DNA of 63,986 nt, filler included, from Klebsormidium nitens (GCA_000708835.1; 8 parts of 8 records of this genome joined end to end with filler, not necessarily neighbours in it), one strand, 5' to 3'; shown: positions 25,424 through 39,279, numbered from the whole stretch's first letter. The notes: a model not told the origin generated them from the letters alone. Numbers and translations are program-made.

Positions 25424-26830
25424 CTGCAGCAAGCAGCCCAGCCACAGTGCGTTCAGAATACCTTACGGAGTGGCCGTTGCCAGCGTAACAGAGACACTGC
25501 CCAGGTCACCGCTGTGCAGCCGGGGATTGGCCATGGAACGAACTAGCTGTGCCAATTATTCGCACAAACTCTGCATAGGTTTCTCAGGTCCACAACTTGC
25601 AGAGCCAAGATGCAGAACGTACTAGAGGCAGGTGCACCCGATTGTGCGCTGCAAAGCCCTGGATTCTGCTATGCTATTAATGCTCAGTCTGCTTCGCAAG
25701 CAACCAGCTAGGCCCCCCCTACAAGACAAAAACTAAAGCCCACGGGCATGCTTTTCTGGTGTTGGCCCTCACATCTGAAGAGAAGCTTCATTTGAAAAAC
25801 ACACTCAAGCCAGTCTAGTGTGATGCTGTGACCATTACCAGACTAGCTCAAACCAATCTTTTCAATCTTCTGTACTCAAATAGCAATTGCCAAGTTTGCA
25901 TAGCCACCTCAGCCCGAATAACACCAATGAATGAGGACACAGAAATTTACACAAACTGGGTCGTTCATTGGGTCGTTCAATAGGCAGTGGGTAATGCTCC
26001 TCGCATATAACCAAGCACCCCTGTATCTTAAAGTCAAAGAATCTTACACTCGGAGAACTGAACATTCTCATTGAACTACAATCACCCAAGGAAGGACGAT
26101 GCACTGAGGAAACTCTCATACATCCCAAAATGTAATGAGCACACTATCTTGCCCCACATAGCCCCATACACACCTGAGCAAGAACGCGGGTTCATGTGAC
26201 AAGCGTGCTTACCTTGTTAGCTCAACCCTTTCACAGCCTCTTCGGCTTGTCCAGGGTTCTCGCCCGGCCTGCCGTCCTCCCACTTTCACCAGTTTTACGA
26301 AGAACAGCAACGCGCAAAGTTGCCCCACAGAATCTGTGACAGATTGGCACAATGCCATGCAAAGTTGCTGATTCACAAGGTGGCCGGCCGTAACTAGACA
26401 TGCGTGCCAATATTGGCTTTGCAGCGGAAAGTTCCCAACGGGCCGGCTGTTCGAAACCATTCCCATTCGTAATGATCGCGCCGACCGTGACAGAGATCTG
26501 CCTGGTGCAGCGGATGCATTAACCAGTTTCTTGCGCCGTTGGCATTGCTCTGGAGCAACATTTATTAAGGTGGAGCAAGCGCCCGGCTTTCGACTGGTGA
26601 GTGAGCTCGCTTTCTGGGGCTTCCCACCATTGAGCATTGCTTTGGTTGATCTTCGCCGATATCCACTAGTTTCTCTTTCTGTTCATGCCTGCCCGTATTG
26701 TGAGCAGCGGAGCCTTGTTGCGCTGATTGCTGCGCCCCCCCATCATTGCGCTGCTCCTCCCCCGCTTGTGCATTTGCTGCGCTGCCTTCCGCCTGCCCCC
26801 CCCTCCCGGGTCCGGGCCAGTCGCGCCGCC

Positions 26831-29800
26831 ATGCCTCTGGCGCAGCGCAGCGACGATCCCAGCGAGAGCCGCTACTGTGGTGTGGAGGCGGCCTACAGCG
26901 CAGATGTGGCCCACACGCTGCACTCCAGCCTCGATGCCGGTTTTGACTTTGTCGTCGCCCCACTGGTGAGCGCACCGCCACCGCGAGCTGTGCCCGCCTG
27001 CTGTGGCTGTCACCGGCTGCCACTGCACGCCATATTGTGCTGGACTGCCCGTCGTGGGGCAGGCTGTGTGGCTGCGTGCCTGTGCGCGCCCTGGCTCATG
27101 TGGTGAGCGCTACTCCTCCTGCCTGCAGGTGGACCCGCTGTACCGCCCCAGTGCGGTGGAGCGCAGCCCCGATGGCAGTGCGCCCCGCATCCCCTTCGCC
27201 GGCAGCGACCTCGACCTGGCGCCCAGCCAGTGGAGCAGCCACGTCGTAGGTCAGGACCCCGATTTCGCTGTCTGCCACACGCTTGGCCCATGTTTGTCTC
27301 TTGTTGCCTGCTGCGATGGTCGGGGTGGTCGCATCCTGTCCGCTGTACCCACGCGGGTGCTGCTGTGGGTGCAGGCAAGGTGGCGCCGTGGTTGGACCTG
27401 GACGGGGGGGACCCCGGCGTGGCGCGCGACAGCGAGACGGCCCTCAAGCAGCAGCTCAGCTGGGCCACGCACCTCTCCCTCCAGGTACGCCTCTGCACTG
27501 CAAGGCATGCCGGCAGCCGCCCTGTATGCTCGGGCCTAGAGGAGGCTTGTCCGCAGCAGATCCTGGATGCCAGAGGGGGAAGAGTGTTGGGGGAGCCTCT
27601 CTGTGTGAGATGGGGCCTGCAAGTCTCACAGCATCGACAGTTGCTGTTAAGGGCCACTGCAGCAGGCGGGGAAGGAGTCAGTGGGGCTCCCATCGTGCTC
27701 TGCATTTGGCGCATCTCTGCCACGGGCTCTTGTTGGGCGCCCCTCGGATCTGACTTGCCCGTATATTCTGCCCCGCACCCCCAGGCCGTGCTGCTGCCCC
27801 CCCCGCTCCCGCTGCGCTGTGGCAACTACGCGCGGTGCGTGAACCAGGTGCTGCGCGGCAGTGCCACCTCCGCCACGCAGCTCTGGCTGCGCATCCCCGC
27901 GCTGGCGCCCGACCTGGAGGCGGCAGAGGGCACGCGCCACGAGGACGCCGCGGCGCAGGTGACCCCCCCTCCTCTGCAGCAAGGCGCCACGAGGTGGCTC
28001 CTGCGCGCTGTGCCTGCTGTGCCTAATGTTCCGGCTGCCAAGCTTCGTGTCTCTCGCTTGTCCCTAAATGGTGACCCTGTGCTTTTGGGCGTCGCGCTGC
28101 AGCAGCGTGAGGCGGTGTCGGGGAGGCGGGTGAATGATTCGTGGGAGTGGTGGGACCACTTCCGCACGCTGTGCGAGCACCACAATCAGCTCTCGGTGGC
28201 GCTTGACTGTGGGTGAGGCTCTCTCTCACGTGCTGTGTATAGCTTGGCGGGCGGTCAACGGCGTGCTTGATACATTCGGGGTATTTCATTGTCTGCTCAA
28301 GTTGTGTGGTCTTTGGGCATGTCACCGGGATGTAATGGCATGCCTACGTGTCCTTTTCGGATCTTACTATGTCTTGCGTTGGACCAGGTCGACTTTCACT
28401 CCACACTTCCCTTGCGGCGATGGAAGGCTGGCGGTCCCTCTGTCGGTCAGCCTGCTCTCCTCCCCCCCGTCCCCCACCCTCCCCGTCTGACCCTGCTGCT
28501 TGCGTTCAGGTCGTCTTTGCCGTCGGCGTCTGCCCTGGAGCGGTGGAAGGGCGAGCCGATGCGCGCGGTGCTGCTGAGCAGTGGCGCGTTCCTGAGCAAC
28601 AAGCGCGGCTTCCCGTGCCTGTCCAAGCGGCACCAGCAGTTCCTGGCCACCTGCTTCCGCCACAACATCCAGGTCGTGCTCACCGACCCCGACCCGAGCG
28701 CCTCTGCGCCCGCCGGCGCACCGCTGGACGTAGAAGGCGATACAGCACCAGTGGGGCCACCCAGTACGGCAGAGGACGGGAGCAACGGTGGGGGAGTAGT
28801 GGACAACAGCAGCAACGGAGCTCCTCGACTCAGTCTGACATCGATATTACAGTTGTACATGTGTGGCATAGGGTCAGCTTGGGAATCCGTTTCACAAAAG
28901 TTTGGCTCCTGCAAGTTCCATACTGTTGTCCTGGCGATGCCCGTTTCCAATTGCGGCTGTGGCGTGAACCCGCACCTGCTCGCCCAGGCTGACATAGCTG
29001 CGGTATGTGCGCAGGCCATGTCACCATTCCCACGCGCCATCCGCTGCGGCTTCACTTGGAGTACATTGCCCACCTGTACCAGAAGATCCCCCCGCCATCG
29101 GAACAGGACCGCTTCGAGGTGAGGTTGCATCGCAGCACAGTCGACCTGCCGACGTGGCTCTTCCCCTCCCTCCCAGAGTCTCGTTTGGCTGTCAACACCG
29201 GTGTGTGTGGGTCGTGCCCGCTGACAAGCCTGCTTGGGCCTCGATGCGGGCAGTGTGGAGGAGCAGCGGCTCGCTCCTGCAGCGCTTTTTCCCTTCGTGA
29301 CGACGTGCGGGATGGCGGCTCGTGCAGGCTGGGTACCGCGACTTCCTGCAGGCCCCGTTGCAGCCGCTGATGGACAATCTGGAGGCGCAGACGTACGAAA
29401 CATTCGAGAAGGACGCTAAAAAGTATTCCCAGGTTAGCGCCCCCCTACGCCAGCTGTGCCTGTAGGCCCCTGCCTTGTGTGCCCCTCCCTCCCTTTAGCG
29501 AGCCCGGTGGTCTGCATGAGATTGCCAGTCACGGCGCCGATCAGTAAGTCCGGCTGAGGCTGAGAACGCCGCGGTGTTGGTGCGTGCAGTACCAATTGGC
29601 GGTTGCGGGCGCACTGCGGGACCGGGTGCCGGAGGAGCACGCCGCAGCCACCACCACGGTGAGCACCAGCAGCATGAGCGGGAGCTGGGAAGGCCGCAGC
29701 GCCGTCCTGAATTTCGGTTATAGCAGGCTGTCCACTTCTACCCAGTATCTCTCCTTGAAACGCCTCGTCTTTTGTGGGTGTGCGCTGACGGCGGGCCCTG

Positions 29801-31821
29801 CGCGGTGGGGCAGGTTGTGATGGTGGTCGGCGCTGGCCGCGGCCCGCTCGTGCGCGCATCGCTGGCCGCAGCCCACGAGACGCAGCGGCGGGTGCGCGTG
29901 TATGCTGTCGAGAAGAACCCCAACGCCGTCGTCACCCTACACGTGAGGCCCTCTGAATGGCAGCGGGCTCCCTTTCATGGTGTGCCCTTGCCACCGCCAT
30001 TCCGTGTCTGTAGCCCGCCTGTTGTGTTGTCGTGCTCCTTTTGCCATCCTGCAGCAGCTCTCGCGTCGCCTCTCACCGTCTTCTCTCCCCCGGTTGGCGT
30101 GCAGCACCTGGTGGCCCTCGAGGGCTGGCAGGACTCGGTGACCATTGTGTCGTGTGACATGCGCGCCTGGGACGCCCCCGAGCAGGCGGACATCCTGGTG
30201 AGCCCGCCACCCGCTCCGCCCTCTGCGGGCTGCACTGTCCCAGCTCCACATGCTGAGTCGAACGGATCGTTGCTGCCTTGTCCACTGCCGCTTGCTCGTG
30301 TGGCCCGTTGCTCTCGCTCTTTGCCGCTGCGGTCCTTTGCCGGCTCTGGGTTGCCCCTGCTCCGTGGTCCCCACCGTCCCTCCTGTTTCCCTATGGGCTG
30401 CAGGTGAGCGAGCTGCTGGGCTCGTTCGGCGACAATGAGCTGTCCCCCGAGTGCCTCGACGGCGCGCAGCGCTTCCTCAAGCCGGACGGCATCTCCATCC
30501 CCGCAGAGTGAGCCCCGCTCCCCCCACGCCGCGCGCATGCCCCGCGCACGGCCACCTTGCCCATGTCCCTCCCCGCGAGAGGCTGCCCCGTGGCTGCCGC
30601 CCTGCTGCTGGCTGACGGTGCGTGCATGCGCAGGTACACGAGCTACCTGGCGCCCATCACTGCGGCCAAGCTGCACGCGGACGTGCGCGCGTACAACGAC
30701 CTGGAGCACTTCGAGACGGCCTACGTCGTCAAGCTGCACTCCGTCGCCACGCTCTCCCCGCCCCAGCCGGTACGGGCGCCCACCGAGGCGCGGGCCGCAT
30801 GGGCGCCTGCACGGAAGCCCGTACGCATCACTTGGTCGCGTGCTCCCCTGTTTACTGGACCTGCTGCGGTCGAATGTTGTCTTCGGGCCCGCCCTAACGA
30901 CGCGCCCGGATGCGTTGCAGGTGTTCACTTTCGCCCATCCGAATCGTGCTGCCGTCATCGACAACCGGCGGTACACCAAGCTCGTCTTCTCTACTGACGA
31001 GGACGCCGGGTCTGCCACTCTGCACGGTCAGCTCTCCGGCTGTCCTCGCTAGAGCGCCGCCCGGCTCTCGTCGGCACCGGCTTGGACAGCAGCAACCTCT
31101 GTCCGCCAGTGGAGGACACGTGGATGTTGGTAGAACAATCCCTGCCTGTGTGTTGGGTCCCTGCTAGCTGTTTCTCTCGCCGCGGCTGGCCGTGCTGTCT
31201 CTGACGCGGCGTATGCCCGGTGTGGTGGCAGGGTTCGCGGGCTACTTCGACGCGGTGCTGTACAAGGACGTGCACCTCGGCATCGAGCCCGCCACCGCCA
31301 CCCCCGGCATGTTCTCCTGGTCAGCGTAATCGCCTCCGTAGCCTCCACCGCCACCTCGTGCACTGGCCCGGGCAGGGCGGACAGTATTGCAGGCCACCCG
31401 CCGGCCAGACGTTGGTAGAAGCAGTTCTTTCGCTGATGTTTCTGTGCCGTCCGTGAAATCTGTGCTTGGCTGAGCATGTGCGGTCCAGCTGACTCAGCGA
31501 GCGTACGTGTGCAGGTTCGCCATCTTCTTCCCGCTGCGCAGCCCGCTGTACCTGCCGGCCGGGGCCGACCTGGAGGTGCACTTCTGGCGCTGCGTGGGGC
31601 CCACCAAGGTGACGCCCTCCGCCAATGCGCTGCGGGGCAGCCAGCACGTCAATACCACGCTACTCTGTTTGTGCAATTGTTGCATGCCCCGACTGCAATT
31701 CCTGAATCTTCTTAAATGTTGAGTACCTCGGTGGCAGGTGTGGTACGAGTGGGGAGTCACCGCTCCAACAGTGTCCTCCATCCACAACCCGAATGGGCGC
31801 TCCTACTGGGTGGGGCTATGA
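26831..31821 (+). CDS. PRMT5: Type II protein arginine methyltransferase 5 (PRMT5/SKB1), multi-exon
   Basis: Plant-like start [17 protein letters not shown]; [27 protein letters not shown]; SAM motif [10 protein letters not shown]; AVEKNPNA; [20 protein letters not shown]; PGMFSWF; terminal [12 protein letters not shown] (TGA 31819-31821). Confidence 0.96.
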
Positions 31822-32326
31822 CACAGGGAACGCCTCAGCCTTCCGTGATCAGACTGGACGTATTTCGGAGGACCGAATGACTCATAACTGTGCTAGGTAG
31901 GTTGGCATTTACATCAAGCACAAGCAATAATGCCGCTGCGCTTAAAAAGGGAGACTACATGAGTCCGGAGCGGCACAAAAGCAGCAGTGATGAATTATGC
32001 AAGGTGCAAGGTGCATCACAAATGTTATACCAATCAATTGAATAAATGCATCTGGTGATTTAGCCCGGGCTTGTGTGCGGCCTGTGTGCATCGTTCGATT
32101 TCTTTTTGTATCTACTTTGTTCTTTCACAACGCACGTCCACTTAGCGGGCGGTTTGTCGGTCACTAACGGACGTTAGAGGTCCAATCACTTGCACTCCAT
32201 CTCAATCTCCAATCAAGCAGCTCCCGGGCCGAAGCAGCCATGAATTGTGTCGCGTACGGTGTCACAGCATGTACGGTACTATTGTATATTGTATTGCGAT
32301 TGGCCTCCAATCTCCCCAGACTCCGC

Positions 32327-32426
32327 NNNNNNNNNNNNNNNNNNNNNNNNNNNNNNNNNNNNNNNNNNNNTTAATTAATTAANNNNNNNNNNNNNNNNNN
32401 NNNNNNNNNNNNNNNNNNNNNNNNNN
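32327..32426. other. Artificial contig spacer
   Basis: N44-TTAATTAATTAA-N44. Confidence 0.98.
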
Positions 32427-32632
32427 CAGCAAGATATCTGCTTGACTGCATCGAACGGCAGAGCCGAACGAAGATCCACCGGAATGGTAGCAACGGCAAA
32501 GAAAGCCGTTCCATCCGGGAAAGCATCACAGATAGACAAGACCAGGTCGAGTCATCTGGATAGAACGCCGTATATCAACGGTCTCACAGCGCGCCGTTAA
32601 GACGTAACCGCTGTCGTTTCGCTAACAAGCAG

Positions 32633-34596
32633 CTAACGAAATCCTGACGAGAACGAGGTTAGGCTTAACCAGACGTAATCGTCACATGGGAGCCATAATA
32701 GCTGTTTCACGGGTATTGAGTGCGGCGCGGAGAGATGCCCAGATGGCTGGCTGTAGCCACGGGGCAGACGCGGCATCCTTAGACTGTTCGATGGGCATCG
32801 TGCTGGGTTTGGCGGCAGCCGCAGAGGAGCCCCAAAAATCATTGACCGCAGCGCCCGTAACCAGGCGAGTAGAGTCGGCCGGGTGCCGCATGAGGGCAGG
32901 AAGGGCCGTCGAAGCATTCTTGTGGACGAAGTGCAAAGCTCGACGCTCGCGAGAGTTGGGCGGAGCTGCGTAGGCATTTTCACGACGGTGGACAAGCCAG
33001 GATTGCTTGGCAGTACGTAAGGCATCGGTAAGGCGCCGGCACCAGAGATGCTGGAGCTCTAGGGTGCGGTCCCAGGCGATCTGCCAGGAAGCGAGATCCC
33101 AATTCGAGCGGGGTTGAAGAGGTAGGAGAGCAGACAGATGCGTACGAAAAAGGGAACTTGTGTCAAAATCGTGATAAATGCGACGAACAGTGTTGCGAGG
33201 GCCTTTTGTCAGATTACGGTGGCCCCAAGTATGGGCATCATGGAAGTGGCGAAGGGCCAAACGATAGCGACGAAGCCAGACTACAATCGCCTGAGCTTGG
33301 CCTGCTTCACTGGTCTTGTAGATGCTGCGGCGCGGTTCAGGCGCGCCGGTCGAAGCCAGCAATGAGCGGGGGATGTCGACACATAATGTAAGAAGATGGC
33401 TGTAAATGTCGGACAGGAGGGTGTCAGAAATGGAAGCGGCAGCTTGTGGTCCGCTGGTGGGGGTTGACAGTAGTAGTGCAGAGACAGAAGGGAGCAAATT
33501 GATCTGCCATGAAGAAATCTCCGAGGAAATAGTTAACGGGTCAATCGTTTTAAGTTTGTCAATGTTAATGAGAGGGGGGGAGCGGAAAGGAACAGATGGA
33601 TACGCGATCCATCCATGACCAAGAGAGGCAAGGCTGATACTTGAGAGAGTAGCACGATGATCAGAAGCCCCGACAAAATTGTATTGATCCCAGTCAAGTA
33701 CGACTGTGGGTTCCATGTGCTGCGGAGCAAACGAGATGAAGATTTTATCCAGGATCGAGCGGTATGTGAAATTAGCATTGGCGTATGTGTAGTGGATAGG
33801 GGCAGTATACTGTGAGCTTGAAAGGGGGTTAAAAAGATGGATCGAGGTAGCTCGTAGGTCCTCGATGAAACGGCGAAGAAATGTGCCATGCTGGTTGTCC
33901 GGGGAGTTACTTGTAGAGGACACCGGCACAACAAGAGAGGGAGATCGGAAGATATCTCGCGAAGGATCCAGGTAGCTATTGCAGTCGCCCCCCAACAGGA
34001 TGTGCGGGTGGGATTCAGAACGAACAGATGGCGCCGCCGATTTCAGGTGTTGAGCAAGATCTGTCCAGAAAGATGCTTTTTGTTGCTGGTTGGCAGGAGC
34101 ATAGATTCCAAATATGTGAAGGATAAGGGTACTGTCAGTGGGGCCCCGCAGGGTGGGTGCACCTTGTAGGAGACGAGATTGCAATTTGTGGGGAACTGGA
34201 GCTGGTTGGAAAGCAAGCCCGTCTTTTACGGCTAGGCAGACTCCCCATTTGCGTAAGCGGGGGTCCAGGTAATTAGATGCGGCGGTTGAGTCTACATGAG
34301 AAGAACTTGTAAAAGGTATAACCCTCAAGATTAGTAGAGGGAGCGGACGGCGAAGACCGAGAATGGACCCGGCGTGTGATAAGGATAGCAATGTGAACGT
34401 TATGCAAACGAAGGAAAGTTGGGAGGCGGGCTAATTTGCCGTCAATGCCACGAAGATTCCAATTGAGAATGCGGAGATGGTCGGTAACAACGATAGAGGG
34501 GACATCAATGGGAGAGGCAGCTGGGCCCGTGTTAGGATGTATGTCGCCGCAGAGTAGGAGCAAGCACATTAATAAAACAAGACGTGCGAGCTGCAA
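32633..34596 (-). mobile_element. Non-LTR retrotransposon (LINE) ORF2 fragment: APE-type endonuclease and linker, frameshifted; RT not present in the contig
   Basis: LRILNWNLRG, GVCLAVK, IFGIYAP, ILLGGDCN, YTY...SILDKIF and SDHRA are EEP/APE motifs. There is a frame change near 34370-34390 and a stop at about 32682. Confidence 0.85.
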
Positions 34597-36841
34597 TCCA
34601 TGAAGAGGGAACCATGCATAGATGTGTCGATAATGATCCTCTCGGGGAGTTATGAAGTAAGTTCCGCAAGTGGCGGATGCGGTGATTTACTATTGTGTTG
34701 GAATTATGCACGATAGGATGGCAGAGTGCAGGCATCACATGATATAATGAGGTGGGATCACTGTTACCAGACAGGAAAAGAACAAAAGTACCATGGATGT
34801 ATTGCAGGTATGAGAGCTGGCGGTATGCACGACGCAGCCGATGGCAACATGCACGGAATCGACGGTGCCGGCGATAGCGGCCTTGAAACATAAGAGAGGT
34901 GGCAGTTGCCCATATATGTTCTAGCATGAGAGTGTGAAGATGGAAAGCAAACCACACAAAGGTGATCAAAGCAAATAGGCCAAAAGTGGATGCAGAAGGA
35001 TAGCAAGCATGGACAATATGAGGATAAAAAAAGCAGAAACCCGAATAAGGAGGTTGGGGATAGGGGAGGGGAGAAGAGAGGGCTCACAGTCAGGTAGATC
35101 AATAAAAGTGCTATAGGCCGAGTCCGATGCCCGCGAAAGACCAAGGAAACCTGGAGAGCCCTGCATGAATTGGGCAGCATTTCCCCACTCCTGAGAGGGT
35201 ATACCGAATGGGGACGAAAGCAAAAGAGAAGGGGAGGAGCAAGGCTCCACAGAAGAGATCTGCAATGAAACCCTAAATAGAGGTGAGGCATAAATGCTGG
35301 TGATCAAGCAAGGTCGGCCACCGGGATCCCAGATGATAGAGCCACCCGGATCCCAAGTAAGGGGGGAGGAGACGATAAGAGAAGCGAGGTCGTAACAGCC
35401 ACTGGACACCCCGCTGTAAGGGGAAAGAAGCGGTACGCTCGGAGAGGAGGCCATGACAGATGTTGGATAGCCCTGGGAAGACGGCAACCAAGCTCCCAAT
35501 ACTAGTCTGTGCTCAAGCAAGGTGCATCCAAGCAGAACCCTGAAAAATGCTAGAGAAGTAGAGATATCAAAAGAGGCCCTATGGCAACCCGTGGTGCAAG
35601 ACTCCGTGGGCAGACCGATGCAAGGCGACGTACAACCCCGACTGAGGGCATGTGTACGTCTAAGATGACCAAGATCACATTCTGCCCATGAGCGGAGGAA
35701 TGTACGGGTGCCAGCAGGGGATATCTCTACAACAGCATAAGATCCACTGGAAGAAGCCTGAAGCAAGAAGCAGACACTGGAAAGCAGGAAGCGTACCACA
35801 TGGGAGTGGGTGGGCTGCATACCTGGCCTTGGAGTGAGCACGTGATGGTGGTGTGCTGATGGTGGAGCGAGTTGGCAGCATCACCATGCACGAATCTCCT
35901 GTCGAAGCGCCCTGGAATCTGAGCGCCAGTTCGTCGACAGGCTACCGCGGGGAATGACAGAGGGGAGAGTGATGGATCTTGTGGCAGCTGTCACGCTGTA
36001 GAGGCTCGTTGCCGTGGCTCATCGGAGCTGCGCGCGCGCGCGAGTTGTGAGCCGTTGATATTAGGGCTCGACCCGATCAGACGGCTGTAGGTTGCTGCAG
36101 TTTGTAGTCTACTGTGTGTAGACTCGAATGCTGAGTGACTGCGGCCAGCCCTATAAGCTTGACCCCAAAGTTGCTGATGCAACTTTCTGTACGTTGCTCT
36201 GAGAAGGAGGAAGGCGCGCTATGGCTGCATAGTGAGACTTCCATAGGCAGCTTTTCTTCATGAGTGCCAAAGCAGAAGTTCCCTGAGCACATGTGTTTGT
36301 GCTCTTGTATGTGGTGCGTGTTGCGGTGTGCGACATGGCGGCGTGGCGGTGTGCCACTTGACATTCCATCATAAGCGGGGTGCTTATATTTACGTACAGA
36401 AAGTTTAGAGTCTTGTTTCCTGTAAGGCTCGTTCCAGTAGTGGAGGAGTTCATCGGGGGGGCAGCTTGTGTGTTCAAGCTGCTGCAGACGAGGAGGGTGA
36501 CCGAAAGAACTTGCCGAGTGCAGCTTGTTGTTAGGTTGAGGAAAGGCACAAATGCTGTGAATCAGCCTGGTAGTGTGGTCCGGCTTGTTGGGGGCAAAAC
36601 TGTGGAGCGGCAAGGCAGCCCTGTGTGGGCTTGCAAGCAAAGAGGCGAGTGCGCTTCGTCGTGGGTGCGCAAGACGGGGGCGTCAGCGCATCGTGGGGGT
36701 GTGTGGTTTTAGGGTTTCACCTCAAGTTATGTGTTTGAGCTGGAATTGGAGGTTTTGAGCTTAAAGCAGGCGTGCTTGAGCTGAGGGGAGACAGAGTGGA
36801 GTGCATTTGAGCTGGGGGGGGTGCTTTCTAGCCAAGATGGC

Positions 36842-37332
36842 TGTCGCGATCCTACCCGGGGATCTCTCACTAAACCCAGCTACGCCAGGCACCTAGACAC
36901 ATGTCAACGCAATACAAATGTCACACTCTAGAATGATTACTTCAATCACAGATCACCTTCGCCTAGTCACAACATACACATAAGCACAGTCTACTTATGT
37001 GGAGACTCTCTGCTGGCCGTCATGCAGCATAACTGGGGGACAATGGTTGCTGGTAAAAGCCGCCCTTATATGCCTTAGAACGAACAAAGAGAGAATGAGC
37101 TACAAGCAGCTCATTCTCCTACTTAGCTGTTCTGTACGGTAATCATGCTACGATCAATGCATTACCGGACTTAGCTAGTTACGGCTGACTCTAGCTTAAC
37201 GACCGGGTTGCGAGATAACCCGGTCGCGAGGCAATCTGGCGTGACAGCTGTCGCGATCCTACCCGGGGATCTCTCACTAAACCCAGCTACGCCAGGCACC
37301 TAGACACGTGTCAACGCAATACAAATGTCACA
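36842..37332 (-). repeat. 3' terminal repeat block: B1 (37249-37332), gc, A2 (36931-37246), 5-nt junction, B2 (36842-36925)
   Basis: B1 and B2 are 84 bp with 1 mismatch. A2 matches 48768-49083 over 316 bp with 5 substitutions. Confidence 0.92.
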
Positions 37333-37344
37333 CTCTCCCCTCCT
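37333..37344 (-). other. Polypurine tract
   Basis: Minus-strand AGGAGGGGAGAG lies directly before TGTGACA, 33 bp after the pol stop codon. Confidence 0.88.
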
Positions 37345-37376
37345 GAACCGTGCACCCCCAACGTCCTAAACACGGT

Positions 37377-38757
37377 TCACTCTGCTGACCCGACTGGGCC
37401 AACCAATGCCTGGGCTGCCTGACACCTGGGGCAAAACCAATCACCCTCAGGAACCGCCGCCAGCGGAGGAACCAGGCATCGCGTGTGCCACCCGGCCCCA
37501 CACCCGTCGCACAGCAGCATCGAGGCCTCGTCATCAGCCCGCCGGCACCGCGTGCACGCGAAGTCGACGGTGGGTCTCGCCAGGCGCGCATCCTGCCGGT
37601 CGTCGATGTCAGCTCTGTGACAGGGAGCGCACCGCTCCATGTGCACCCGGACCGTCCGCGCATCCGCCCCCTCCAGCTCCAAAACACCCCCGACCCTCAC
37701 ATGCTTAACCCGCAGAATCCGCGGGCCCGCCCGACTGTCCAGGGTGTTCAGCATCTCCCGCTGCAAGTACACGTAATCACCGACCGCGTACCTGAGGACT
37801 TGGGGTTTCCAAGCCCCACTGCGGGTTTTGGCATACCGTAACGTGTCGCGATGCTGCGCGATTTGCAGGTTTTCCATGGCCATGGGAACCCACCTGCGGA
37901 ATAGTGCCGCTCGCTCCGCTACCAGCGCGACCAACCGGTCCGGCCGGTCCAAGTCCAACGGCTCCTCGATGGCCACCCGAACCGTCCCCGGAATCACCAG
38001 CTCCCGTCCGTACAACAGCATGTACGGGGAAAACCCGCTCAGGGACGCCTGCGTGCTAAACCGGTACCCCATTGCAACCCACGGCAGGTACACATCCCAT
38101 TGCTCAGCTGCGTGCCCAAGGCACCACTTTCGCAACGCCCCCTTGACGACCCCCACTATCCGCTCACTGAGACCGTTCGCCTGCGGGTGATAGGACGAAG
38201 TCGACCGATGGTCGATGAAGGACTTGTCGAGCAGCTCCTGAAAAGCACCCCCGAACTCGCCCCCCCTATCTGTCACCACCTCCGCGCAAGCCCCGAACGT
38301 CGTGAGCACCTCCCGGGTGAATGCCTCCGCCACCGTCTGCGCCTCCTTGTCTGCCGTGGGCACGAAAACCACGTGCTTGCTGAAGTGCTCGACCATGACG
38401 AGCACGAACTGATTCCCACGGCTAGACTTGGGCAACGGCCCTGCAAAATCAAGTCCCCACCGGTAAAACAACCCCTTGATCGGGAGGGGCTGCAACACCG
38501 GGTGCACGGAGTTGAAGGCTGCCCTCACCCGATCACACGCCTCGCACTGGCGCACCACCCTCTGCACATCCGCTGCCAGCCCCACCCACCAGTACTGAGG
38601 ACTCAGCAGAGACACCGTCTTTTTCACCCCGAAGTGCCCGCAGCGCTCGTGCACGTCCCGGATCAGGGCTTCCCTCGCTTCTGGCCGCGGAACTACCCGC
38701 ACCTCACCGTCTGCCCCCCAATGCACCAGATGATCCCGCCGCCACTCGAAGCTGCGC
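37377..38757 (-). CDS. Integrase (HHCC zinc finger and DDE core) with C-terminal PHD finger
   Basis: HERCGHFG...CEAC; WGLDFAGP, TDRGGEF, HPQANGLSER; PHD C4HC3 CTRC...LLCDGC...WHTRC...WFCPRC at 37422-37556. Confidence 0.93.
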
Positions 38758-39279
38758 NNNNNNNNNNNNNNNNNNNNNNNNNNNNNNNNNNNNNNNNNNN
38801 NNNNNNNNNNNNNNNNNNNNNNNNNNNNNNNNNNNNNNNNNNNNNNNNNNNNNNNNNNNNNNNNNNNNNNNNNNNNNNNNNNNNNNNNNNNNNNNNNNNN
38901 NNNNNNNNNNNNNNNNNNNNNNNNNNNNNNNNNNNNNNNNNNNNNNNNNNNNNNNNNNNNNNNNNNNNNNNNNNNNNNNNNNNNNNNNNNNNNNNNNNNN
39001 NNNNNNNNNNNNNNNNNNNNNNNNNNNNNNNNNNNNNNNNNNNNNNNNNNNNNNNNNNNNNNNNNNNNNNNNNNNNNNNNNNNNNNNNNNNNNNNNNNNN
39101 NNNNNNNNNNNNNNNNNNNNNNNNNNNNNNNNNNNNNNNNNNNNNNNNNNNNNNNNNNNNNNNNNNNNNNNNNNNNNNNNNNNNNNNNNNNNNNNNNNNN
39201 NNNNNNNNNNNNNNNNNNNNNNNNNNNNNNNNNNNNNNNNNNNNNNNNNNNNNNNNNNNNNNNNNNNNNNNNNNNNNNN
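38758..39279. other. Assembly gap inside pol
   Basis: Run of N with no spacer motif. Confidence 0.97.

Noticed and set aside
35310-35360. Repeated WDPGG peptide (also WDPG at about 49256)
   Set aside because: It occurs in degenerate frames next to retroelements, and I cannot tie it to a defined domain or an intact ORF.
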